64,000 nucleotides of DNA. Source: Planctomicrobium piriforme (lineage in GTDB: Bacteria; Planctomycetota; Planctomycetia; Pirellulales; UBA1268). Positions 57,178 to 64,000 of the stretch are shown here, piece after piece (the first letter of the stretch is position 1; each line of letters begins with the position of its first letter). The translations under genes and the position numbers were made by a program. Under the pieces are notes generated by a model. The model was given only the letters and a program-made list of their open reading frames with translations, had not been told where the DNA came from and searched no databases. The stretch covers positions 9,001 to 73,000 of the forward strand of contig CAMBUD010000004.1 in assembly GCA_945871035.1 (NCBI GenBank). Reading direction: 5' to 3'.

Positions 57178-58374
57178 TCAAGGGGATGGATAGAAGCAGA
57201 TGCAAACGGGTGTTGGAACCTTTAGAACTGGACCGGTAAAAACCAGTCCGCCGGTAGCTTGATCGATCTTAAACAGGCTGATTGTGTCCGATGTTTGACC
57301 GGCTGCCAGGAGGAATGCACCGCTGGGGTCGATCACAAAATGACGTGGCGACTTGCCGTGGATGGGCTCGACGCCAACAAACGTCAGTTTGCCGGATGTT
57401 TTGTCAATCGTATAGATCGCGATCGAATCATGCCCGCGGTTTGAGGCGTAGAGGTATTTTCCTGCTGGATGGACGACAATTTCAGCCGTGGAAAAGCCGG
57501 TGCGGTCGGCGACGTGCGCCGGTAGCGTTGAGAGCGTTTGCAGGTGTGCAAGCGTACCAGCCTGCGCATCCCATGCGAATGCCGTCACGGTGAGATCGAG
57601 TTCATTGATCGCGTAGCCAAACCGACTGTTTGGGTGCAGGGCGAAGTGCCGCGGGCCGGCGCCGGGTTGCACAGCAACCGCTCGATGGAGCTTGAGTGTT
57701 GCCGCCGCTGGGTCGAGCGCATGAATCAATATTTGGTCGAGTCCTAGGTCGCAGGCGACTGCAAAGCGGCCCTCGCTAGCGGCATCAATGGAGTGGGCGT
57801 GCGGCCCCGCTTGCCGCTGCTTATGCAGGCTGCTTCCAGCGTGCTGTAGAAAACCACCTGGTGATCCTGGCACAACTGGCCGCAGGCTGCCATCATTGTT
57901 CAGCCCCAAACAGACCACGCTGCCGCTGCCGTAATTTGCTGCCAGCACCACGCGGCCGCTGCGATCGACCGAGAGATAACAGGGACCAGCGCCGGCGGAA
58001 GACTGCTGATTTGCTAATGCCAACTGGCCGGTTGCCTCATCGATCCTCCAGGCCAGAATCTGGCTTTTGTTGGCGGCCATTTCCGAAACGGCATATAAAA
58101 CCGGTAGCGTCGGATGCAGCGCAAGAAACGATGGGTTTTCTGTGGTTGCGGCCAACTTCGGCGCGGTCAACTGGCCGGTGATCGGATCAAACCGCGACAC
58201 ATAAATGCCTCCCGCACCAGTGCCTTCATTGGTGTAGGTGCCAAACCACACCAGCCGACTGCGGGGCACCTGTGCGGCGCAGGTCTCGGCTGTGTACGGC
58301 AACAGCCAAGCACTCACGCCTAGGCAGGCGATGGCCAACGACCGCCAATGAGAAACGGCGATGGACGTCTGCAA
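57178..58374 (-). CDS. Lactonase-family beta-propeller protein (6-phosphogluconolactonase-like), secreted
   Basis: Signal peptide, then 'WFGTYTNEGTGAGGIYVSRFDPITGQL', 'NPSFLALHP', 'GAGPCYLSVDRSGRVVLAANYGSGSV', 'GPRHFALHPN', 'SPRHFVIDPSGAFLLAAGQTSDTISLFKID'. Confidence 0.8.
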   Translation of the reverse strand: MQTSIAVSHWRSLAIACLGVSAWLLPYTAETCAAQVPRSRLVWFGTYTNEGTGAGGIYVSRFDPITGQLTAPKLAATTENPSFLALHPTLPVLYAVSEMAANKSQILAWRIDEATGQLALANQQSSAGAGPCYLSVDRSGRVVLAANYGSGSVVCLGLNNDGSLRPVVPGSPGGFLQHAGSSLHKQRQAGPHAHSIDAASEGRFAVACDLGLDQILIHALDPAAATLKLHRAVAVQPGAGPRHFALHPNSRFGYAINELDLTVTAFAWDAQAGTLAHLQTLSTLPAHVADRTGFSTAEIVVHPAGKYLYASNRGHDSIAIYTIDKTSGKLTFVGVEPIHGKSPRHFVIDPSGAFLLAAGQTSDTISLFKIDQATGGLVFTGPVLKVPTPVCICFYPSP

Positions 58375-58404
58375 CGGTAAGCCTCATGCTGCCAAGTATA
58401 GTGA

Positions 58405-59793
58405 ATGATCAACCTCAGGAACGAGATCGGAAATCGTAATCGCATGCCCAACGGTTGCAACGAGCACAACGCACAGGCGGGTAACGCGGCCGGTCGCCAG
58501 ACCCGCAACACTTTTTGGCTGGAGACGTACCAAGTCATCGTGCGTGTTGGCTGGATTTTCAAAACCGAGACGATCATCATGCCGGCGGTGCTCGATGCGG
58601 TCGTTGATTCGGGCTTGCTGCGCGGACTGCTTCCCGTGCTCAACCGCGGCGGACAGAGCGTGCCGCCGCTGTTTGTCTCAGGAAGCGTGGCGCGGCGGCC
58701 GGTAAAAAAATGGATGCTGGTGCAAACGAGTTTGGCGATGGCGATCTGCTTTGGTCTGCTGGCAGTGGCGTGGTCGCCCCTCGAGGCAAGTCGCCCGGAT
58801 CTGCTCGCACTCTTGTTTCTTGTGCTTTATGGACTCTTCTCTGCGTCCAACGGACTCAACCAACTGGTGCTGGCATCTCTGCAAGGAAAACTCATTCCCG
58901 CTGGCTCCCGCGGTCGGGCGATGGTGGTGAGCGTGGCACTGGGGAGCGTGCTGGCGATTGTGGCAGCGCTGGCGTTATTGGGCCGCTGGCTGGGGACGCC
59001 CGGAGGATTTCCAAAAATCTTTGCGATGACGAGCTTCTTTTTTGCGCTGGCTGGAATCGCACCGGTTTTTTTGGATGAGCCTGCGGACAACGTGCCGCCC
59101 ACAGGGACTGTCCGGCAGCCGCGCACAGACGGCCTGCAACAGCCCGCGCTTTGGCGCTGGCTCACGGGCCTGCTCACGGGCCTGCGCACGGGGATCGAAT
59201 GTTGGCGGCAAACACTTGCCGCCGATCGTTCGCTGCTGCGACTCTCGTTGGTCGCGGCCTGCTTCTCGGCCGTGCTCATGCTCTTTCCACACTATCAGGC
59301 GTTTGCGCGCGATCGTTTAGGCAGTCAGATTGGCACTTTGCTGCTCTGGGTTGTCGTGCAGAATGCGGCCACAGGTGTTGTCAGTCTGGTGGCTGGTCCG
59401 TTCTCTGATCATCGCGGCACACGCATTGTGCTGATCTGGCTGGTAGCCCTTTCTGCCACCACACCGCTGGTGGTGACACTCCTGTCGTTGCTGCCTCAAT
59501 CGGTGGCCGTGGAATGGTTTTGGATCGTCTATATTCCACTGGGACTGAATCCGATTTCACTCAAAATCTTTACAAACTATGCACTGGAACTAGCGCCGCA
59601 GGCCGCAGAGCATCCGCGCTACGTGAGCATCGTAGGTGCTGCGCTGGCAGCGCCATTTGTGCTCTCGCCGCTGGTGGGAATGTCCGTCGACCTGTTCGGA
59701 TTCAGGCACGTTTTTCTCAGCGGATCAGCGATTATTGCCTGCGGGGCAAGCATTGCCATTGGCCTCCCCGAGCCGCGCAGTGCAAGTCGGTAA
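58405..59793 (+). CDS. MFS-type transporter
   Basis: About 12 hydrophobic segments. 'LYGLFSASNGLNQLVLASLQGKLIPAGSRGRAM' resembles an MFS loop 2-3 motif. Start uncertain (ATG 58405 or 58444). Confidence 0.65.
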   Translation: MINLRNEIGNRNRMPNGCNEHNAQAGNAAGRQTRNTFWLETYQVIVRVGWIFKTETIIMPAVLDAVVDSGLLRGLLPVLNRGGQSVPPLFVSGSVARRPVKKWMLVQTSLAMAICFGLLAVAWSPLEASRPDLLALLFLVLYGLFSASNGLNQLVLASLQGKLIPAGSRGRAMVVSVALGSVLAIVAALALLGRWLGTPGGFPKIFAMTSFFFALAGIAPVFLDEPADNVPPTGTVRQPRTDGLQQPALWRWLTGLLTGLRTGIECWRQTLAADRSLLRLSLVAACFSAVLMLFPHYQAFARDRLGSQIGTLLLWVVVQNAATGVVSLVAGPFSDHRGTRIVLIWLVALSATTPLVVTLLSLLPQSVAVEWFWIVYIPLGLNPISLKIFTNYALELAPQAAEHPRYVSIVGAALAAPFVLSPLVGMSVDLFGFRHVFLSGSAIIACGASIAIGLPEPRSASR

Positions 59794-59967
59794 TCCTGCC
59801 CGCAGGGCTCTGAAAACGAGAAAACTTTCAACCAGAGATTGCAATCACCGTTGCCACGGGCCTATGCTTCGAGCACTCTGATGGGTTGATCCCGTCAGAT
59901 GCAACGGGTGCCTGCGTGGACAAAAAGTCGTTGCCTTCCATGAATTTAACGAGGAGTTTTTTACGAC

Positions 59968-60405
59968 ATGAAATTTTCATTGCTTACCGGTGTTGTTGGA
60001 GCGATCTTGTTCTGTTCGGCTCTGATTGTCTCGGCTGCCGTCACGGAGCCAAAGGACGCCAAGTGCCCGGTCTCGGGCAAGGGGTGCGATCCTGACGTGA
60101 GTGCTGCCTTTGCTGGCGGTAAAGTTTGGTTTTGCTGCGGCAAATGCGAAGCGGCTTTCAAGGCTGACTCTGCCAAGTTTGCCGCAAAGTCTCACCAGCA
60201 GATGGTTTCAACCGGACAGCTCAAGCAAATAGGCTGCCCCTACAGCGGCAAGGCAGTGGATCCGACCACAATGCTTGACATCGGCGGTGCGAGCGTCGGT
60301 TTTTGCTGCAATGGCTGCAAGGGCAAAACAGAGAAGGCCAGCCCCGAAGAGCAGGTGCAGATGGTGTTTGGCAATATCGCCAAAGGCTTTGCACCAGCAA
60401 AATAG
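59968..60405 (+). CDS. Secreted protein with two YHS/TRASH-like Cys motifs
   Basis: Signal peptide 'MKFSLLTGVVGAILFCSALIVSAA'. 'CPVSGKGCDPDVSAAFAGGKVWFCCGKCEAAF' and 'CPYSGKAVDPTTMLDIGGASVGFCCNGCKG'. Confidence 0.6.
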   Translation: MKFSLLTGVVGAILFCSALIVSAAVTEPKDAKCPVSGKGCDPDVSAAFAGGKVWFCCGKCEAAFKADSAKFAAKSHQQMVSTGQLKQIGCPYSGKAVDPTTMLDIGGASVGFCCNGCKGKTEKASPEEQVQMVFGNIAKGFAPAK

Positions 60406-60483
60406 GCTCAGAACTGGCCTAGGGCCACTCCTGACCACATGGAATACTCCGGAGGGAAAATCCCCTGCGGAGTATTTTTTTTG

Positions 60484-61734
60484 ATGCGAGTGTTTCTTTC
60501 TGCCGGCGAGCCATCGGGCGATCATCACGCAGCGCTCTTAATGCGTGCGATGAAGCAGCGGCAGCCAGACGTGGAATGCGTCGGGCTGGGTGGTCCGTGC
60601 ATGGCAGCTCAGGGCTGCCCACTGCTGGCCGATCTCACACAACTTGCTGTGATGTGGTTTGTGCGAGTGGTGCTCAACATCCATCGCTTTGTGGAGTTGG
60701 TGCGACGAGCTGAACGCAGTTTCCTCGACAACAAACCCGATGTGTGCGTGCTGGTCGACTTCCCTGGGTTTCATTGGTGGCTGGCATGGCGAGCCAAACG
60801 CCACGGCATTCCCGTCGTCTTTTATTGCCCGCCTCAGATTTGGGCGTGGGCGAGTTGGCGGATTGGTAAGCTGCGGCGGCTCGTCGACCACGTGCTCTCA
60901 GCGCTGCCTTTTGAACACGATTGGTTTGTCTCCCGTGGGGTGAGCAGTACGCTTGTTGGCCACCCATTTTTCGATGAGCTCCACGCCTACCGCCAGGGCC
61001 AGCCGCCCACGCTTACGCCGCTCGTGCTGCTGCTGCCTGGCTCGCGCAGTCAAGAGATCGAGGCGAATCTGGCATCGATGCTGCAAAGCGTCGCCGAGGT
61101 GCATGCGCATGTACCGCAGGCGAGATTTATCGTGGCGGCGTTGCATGAACGCCATGCCATTGCGGCACGTGCCAAGATCCATTCTGCCGCCGGTGTGCTC
61201 GGCAGCGCAAGCGTGCAGGTGGCCGTGGGTCGCACGCGCAGCCTGATCGGTGAGGCATGCTGTGCGATTGCCGTGAGTGGATCGGTGTCGCTTGAGCTCC
61301 TTGCCGCCCGGGTGCCTGCTGTGATCATCTACCGGATTAGCAGGTGGGGATTTATCGTGCAGAGCTGGTTTCGTCACGCCCGCTTTATCACGCTGGTCAA
61401 CCTGCTGGCAATCTGCGATCCCATCGGCCCGGTGCGGGGTGTGTGGCGGGCCCCGCGGCATGTTGCCCCGGCTGATCCTGCCGCCATCTACCCCGAATAC
61501 CTCTCGGTTCAAGATCCAGCCGCAGCCGTAGCCGAGCATGTAATCCAATGGCTTCAGCAGCCCGCTCAACGCCACCGGGTTGTCGCACGACTCGAAGCCG
61601 TGGCCGCTGCTGTGGCACAGGGCGGTTCCGCGAATCGTGCAGCCGAAGCGGTGCTGAAAATAGCCGCTGGCGTAGAGGCCAGGCAGCACCACCAGCACAA
61701 AGAGTTGTTGGTGGGGGCCACAAATGCAGCATAA
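60484..61734 (+). CDS. lpxB: Lipid-A-disaccharide synthase
   Basis: 'MRVFLSAGEPSGDHHAALLMRAMK', 'VLVDFPGFHWWLAWRAKRHGIPVVFYCPPQIWAW', 'LLPGSRSQEI', 'AIAVSGSVSLELL'. ATG 60484 chosen. Confidence 0.88.
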   Translation: MRVFLSAGEPSGDHHAALLMRAMKQRQPDVECVGLGGPCMAAQGCPLLADLTQLAVMWFVRVVLNIHRFVELVRRAERSFLDNKPDVCVLVDFPGFHWWLAWRAKRHGIPVVFYCPPQIWAWASWRIGKLRRLVDHVLSALPFEHDWFVSRGVSSTLVGHPFFDELHAYRQGQPPTLTPLVLLLPGSRSQEIEANLASMLQSVAEVHAHVPQARFIVAALHERHAIAARAKIHSAAGVLGSASVQVAVGRTRSLIGEACCAIAVSGSVSLELLAARVPAVIIYRISRWGFIVQSWFRHARFITLVNLLAICDPIGPVRGVWRAPRHVAPADPAAIYPEYLSVQDPAAAVAEHVIQWLQQPAQRHRVVARLEAVAAAVAQGGSANRAAEAVLKIAAGVEARQHHQHKELLVGATNAA

Positions 61735-61743
61735 TGTCAGCCC

Positions 61744-62514
61744 ATGTTTTTAGCAGAACCCCAACCGACGTCTGCCGATCTGCACTTTACCGTGCGGGGG
61801 ATCCCCGTCCGCGTGTCGGCTTGGTTTTGGGTGGCTGCAGCGCTGCTGGGCTGGAGCGTTTGCCAGAGCATGGCCCAAGGCGATCAACGCGAACTGCTGC
61901 GCTATCTGCTGGTGTGGGTGGGCGTGGTATTTGTGTCGCTTTTGGTTCATGAAATGGGACACGCCTTGGCCTACGCCGCATTTGGGCAATCGGCCCGCGT
62001 TGTGCTCTATCACTTTGGCGGCTTGGCTATTCCTGATTACCGGCGCGCAAGCACGTTGCGCAGGCCCATTGAGCGACTGATTGTGTCGGCAGCCGGTCCG
62101 CTGTCACAGCTGATACTGGCGGCTGCAATCGTGGTGATTTTAAAAACCAGCGGCTACCAAGTGCCATTTCCGATTGCTGCCGTCGACGAGTGGCTGGGAC
62201 TGCATGCCGGCCGACCACTCCCCTCGCCACTGAGCTTTGCACTGGTGTGGTTTGTGCTGCAGGTCAATATTTTTTGGCCCCTATTAAATCTGGCCCCGGT
62301 ACCACCGCTGGACGGCGGACAGATCGTGCGCGAGGGGCTGTTGAGTTTGGGCGTTAGCAATGCGGTGCAAATCGCGGGGATGCTCGGTGTGGCCACCGGG
62401 GCTGCTGTAAGCTACTGGGCAGTCACGCACGGTCAGCCCTATCTGGGGATCATGTTTGCCATGCTTGCCGTGACGTGCTTCCAGAGCTTGTCGGGCACCT
62501 CGTGGAATCGGTGA
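61744..62514 (+). CDS. M50-family (site-2 protease-like) membrane metalloprotease
   Basis: HExxH in a TM helix ('LLVHEMGHALAYAAFG'), second motif 'NLAPVPPLDGGQIV', multi-TM. Confidence 0.8.
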   Translation: MFLAEPQPTSADLHFTVRGIPVRVSAWFWVAAALLGWSVCQSMAQGDQRELLRYLLVWVGVVFVSLLVHEMGHALAYAAFGQSARVVLYHFGGLAIPDYRRASTLRRPIERLIVSAAGPLSQLILAAAIVVILKTSGYQVPFPIAAVDEWLGLHAGRPLPSPLSFALVWFVLQVNIFWPLLNLAPVPPLDGGQIVREGLLSLGVSNAVQIAGMLGVATGAAVSYWAVTHGQPYLGIMFAMLAVTCFQSLSGTSWNR

Positions 62515-62565
62515 GCGAGACCGAGCCAGCCGCCGGCCAGACCACGGGTTGAGCGGCAGCCAGTT

Positions 62566-62604
62566 GGGCAGAGAACTCGGGCAGAAAACTTGGGCAGAAA
62601 ACTC
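62566..62604. repeat. 13-nt tandem repeat x3 (GGGCAGARAACTY)
   Basis: Read directly, in the intergenic region downstream of the M50 gene. Confidence 0.9.
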
Positions 62605-62655
62605 GGCCTTGCCCGTTTTTACAGCCAGAATTGCCCAAAATATCCGGTTTGCAAC

Positions 62656-62738
62656 TGGGGTGATTCGCCCCACATCGGCCTTGGGCGCTGGGGCGATTCG
62701 CCCCACATCGGCCCTGGGCGCTGGGGCGATTCGCCCCA
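62656..62738. promoter_or_regulatory. Array of three 17-bp dyads (TGGGGCGA-T-TCGCCCCA) at exact 33-bp spacing; candidate upstream activator sites
   Basis: 62656-62672 has one mismatch (TGGGGTGA). 62689-62705 and 62722-62738 are perfect palindromes. They are embedded in 33-nt tandem units and centred about 154, 187 and 220 nt upstream of the predicted sigma-54 transcription start. Confidence 0.55.
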
Positions 62739-62857
62739 GCGCTCAAACAAAACCTCCCAGACGGTTAGGCAGAAATAAAAAAGTTTCCCCCAAGAAACAC
62801 TAAAAACAAGCGTTTTTAAAGGTTTTAGGGGAGTGCGAGCTGTCCCGTAGCAGACTT

Positions 62858-62874
62858 TGGCACACAGAATGCAT
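62858..62874 (+). promoter_or_regulatory. Sigma-54 (-24/-12) promoter candidate
   Basis: TGGCACACAGAATGCAT. TGGCAC is perfect and the GC of the -12 element is at the canonical spacing (ATGCA versus TTGCA). An A/T-rich tract at 62760-62830 separates it from the dyad array. Confidence 0.5.
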
Positions 62875-62949
62875 TGCTTACTGATCAGCAAGGGCTTGCC
62901 TCAACAGGCTGGCCTGGCCCGATCTGAATCATTTGTAAGGAGAGCAGTT

Positions 62950-63081
62950 GTGAAATCGTTCATGCCCAATCCGTTGTCGTCTGTTTGCCCAGTGGCCCAC
63001 CACTGGTCTTTAACGCGCATTGATGTGCTGCTGTGCATCGTGCCAATCGCCCTGTTTCTTTCTATTGTTTCGCTTGTATAG
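62950..63081 (+). CDS. Membrane micro-protein (43 codons)
   Basis: GTG 62950 lies 7 nt after a strong AAGGAG (62937-62942). Translation '(M)KSFMPNPLSSVCPVAHHWSLTRIDVLLCIVPIALFLSIVSLV' has one C-terminal TM helix. It is the 3-prime part of track ORF 62857-63081. Confidence 0.45.
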   Translation: MKSFMPNPLSSVCPVAHHWSLTRIDVLLCIVPIALFLSIVSLV

Positions 63082-63126
63082 CTCTTGATTTAAACGCCCC
63101 CCACCGTCTTTTTGGAGAACAGTGTC

Positions 63127-63597
63127 ATGGCTTCCTTTGACGAAACAAGCCTGCGAGAAGTGGTGATTGTCGATCCAGCATGCGATCGCTACGCCGATTT
63201 TGTCCAAGCAGCGCAGGCCAGTCAGATTGGCCTCCACTTTTGTTCCGATGGCCGTGCGGCCGTGCGAATGTCGCGACGCTTTCGCGCCGACATCTGGCTC
63301 GTGAATTCCGACTTACCCGATATGTCCGGCTTTGACCTCCTAGACCTACTCTCAATGCACGTTTCGCAAGGGGCGGTTGATCCCATGCGGTCGGGCACGC
63401 GGGTTTCCTTGGATCAGGTTGGCCGGGGAATGCAATCCGGCATCTTCATCGTCTCGGATGCCTATCGACTATTTGAAGAGCAGCAAGCACTTGCCTCGGG
63501 CATTGCGGGTTATCTGGTCCACCCAATCAATTTGGATGTGATTCGTGCCGCCCGTGAACCAATTGTTCCCCTGTTTGGTAGTCAACTGATTGGCTAA
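63127..63597 (+). CDS. Single-domain response-regulator receiver-like protein (atypical acceptor site)
   Basis: 'VVIVDPACDRYADFVQAAQASQIGLHFCSDGRAAVRMSRRFRADIWLVNSDLPDMSGFDLLDLL'. GGAG lies 9 nt upstream of ATG 63127. The position 4 residues before the conserved Pro is Asn rather than Asp. Confidence 0.65.
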   Translation: MASFDETSLREVVIVDPACDRYADFVQAAQASQIGLHFCSDGRAAVRMSRRFRADIWLVNSDLPDMSGFDLLDLLSMHVSQGAVDPMRSGTRVSLDQVGRGMQSGIFIVSDAYRLFEEQQALASGIAGYLVHPINLDVIRAAREPIVPLFGSQLIG

Positions 63598-63648
63598 CAG
63601 GAAGTCTAAAAGCAGTTTGTGTTCAAACGATTGAAAGAAGCCACTATC

Positions 63649-64000
63649 ATGAAAACGCCAGAGAAAACAACAGAATCTTTGAGCGCCGCAAGCCGCAACC
63701 AACTTGACGGCCCGTGGGTTCCAAACGTTGTGGTTGTCGACCCACGATTTGATGCCTACAAATCTCTGGCTGCCAGCGCTCGCCTCGGCAAACTCAACCT
63801 CCACTTTCGCTCCAGTGGTGCTGACGCGATCAAATTGTCTCGCAAGCAACCTGTCGATGCGTGGCTGATTGCAACCGATCTGGACGACATGTCCGGTCAC
63901 GATTTGGTGGAATTATTGCGATCGTTCAACCGATCGTTCAACGCTGGCCAAGAAGTTGGCCAAGCCGATGAAGCCCAAGCCCAAGATAGTCAGCCGGTTA
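63649..64000 (+). CDS. Second receiver-like paralog (partial, runs off the right edge)
   Basis: Hand-translated from ATG 63649: 'MKTPEKTTESLSAASRNQLDGPWVPNVVVVDPRFDAYKSLAASARLGKLNLHFRSSGADAIKLSRKQPVDAWLIATDLDDMSGHDLVELL...'. Collinear with the preceding gene and open to the window end. Confidence 0.6.
   Translation, partial: MKTPEKTTESLSAASRNQLDGPWVPNVVVVDPRFDAYKSLAASARLGKLNLHFRSSGADAIKLSRKQPVDAWLIATDLDDMSGHDLVELLRSFNRSFNAGQEVGQADEAQAQDSQPV

Noticed and set aside
62590-62778. 62-aa ORF 'GRWGDSPHIG' x3, and the idea that the 33-nt repeats form a small CRISPR array.
   Set aside because: The peptide periodicity is a by-product of the DNA repeats. The units are directly abutting with no spacers, there are only 2.5 copies, and no cas genes are present, so this is not CRISPR.

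Overview
This is a high-GC (roughly 55-60% by eye), gene-dense chromosomal segment with about 50 protein-coding genes on both strands. I recognised no rRNA, tRNA, CRISPR array, transposase or integrase. The gene content points to a Planctomycetota (Pirellulales-like) genome: a YTV-repeat protein, a TIGR03790-like secreted protein, many signal-peptide hypothetical proteins, a Top6B homolog and weak Shine-Dalgarno usage. Most genes are housekeeping: epmA, metG, lnt, lipB-lipA, argH, a DinG-like helicase, glgA, two RNA methyltransferases, mlaE-mlaF-mlaD, clpC, thiE, panD, lpxB and an M50 protease. Four things stand out. (1) In the cyanophycin locus, the cyanophycin synthetase ORF continues in frame into a complete C-terminal SET-domain methyltransferase module. 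It sits divergent from an ABC exporter with an N-terminal extension plus a DUF1854 gene, across a ~1 kb non-coding region that holds a near-consensus sigma-54 (-24/-12) promoter. (2) A second near-consensus sigma-54 promoter lies downstream of three 17-bp perfect or near-perfect dyads spaced exactly 33 bp apart. It faces a 43-codon membrane micro-ORF and two tandem paralogous receiver-domain genes that lack the canonical phospho-Asp. (3) A sigma-54 enhancer-binding protein with no sensory domain overlaps by 29 nt an 802-aa signal-peptide, HEAT-repeat and pseudo-receiver protein. (4) A Top6B gene has no adjacent Top6A. All functional calls come from motifs read in the supplied translations. No database search was run, and many start codons are my own choice among in-frame candidates.
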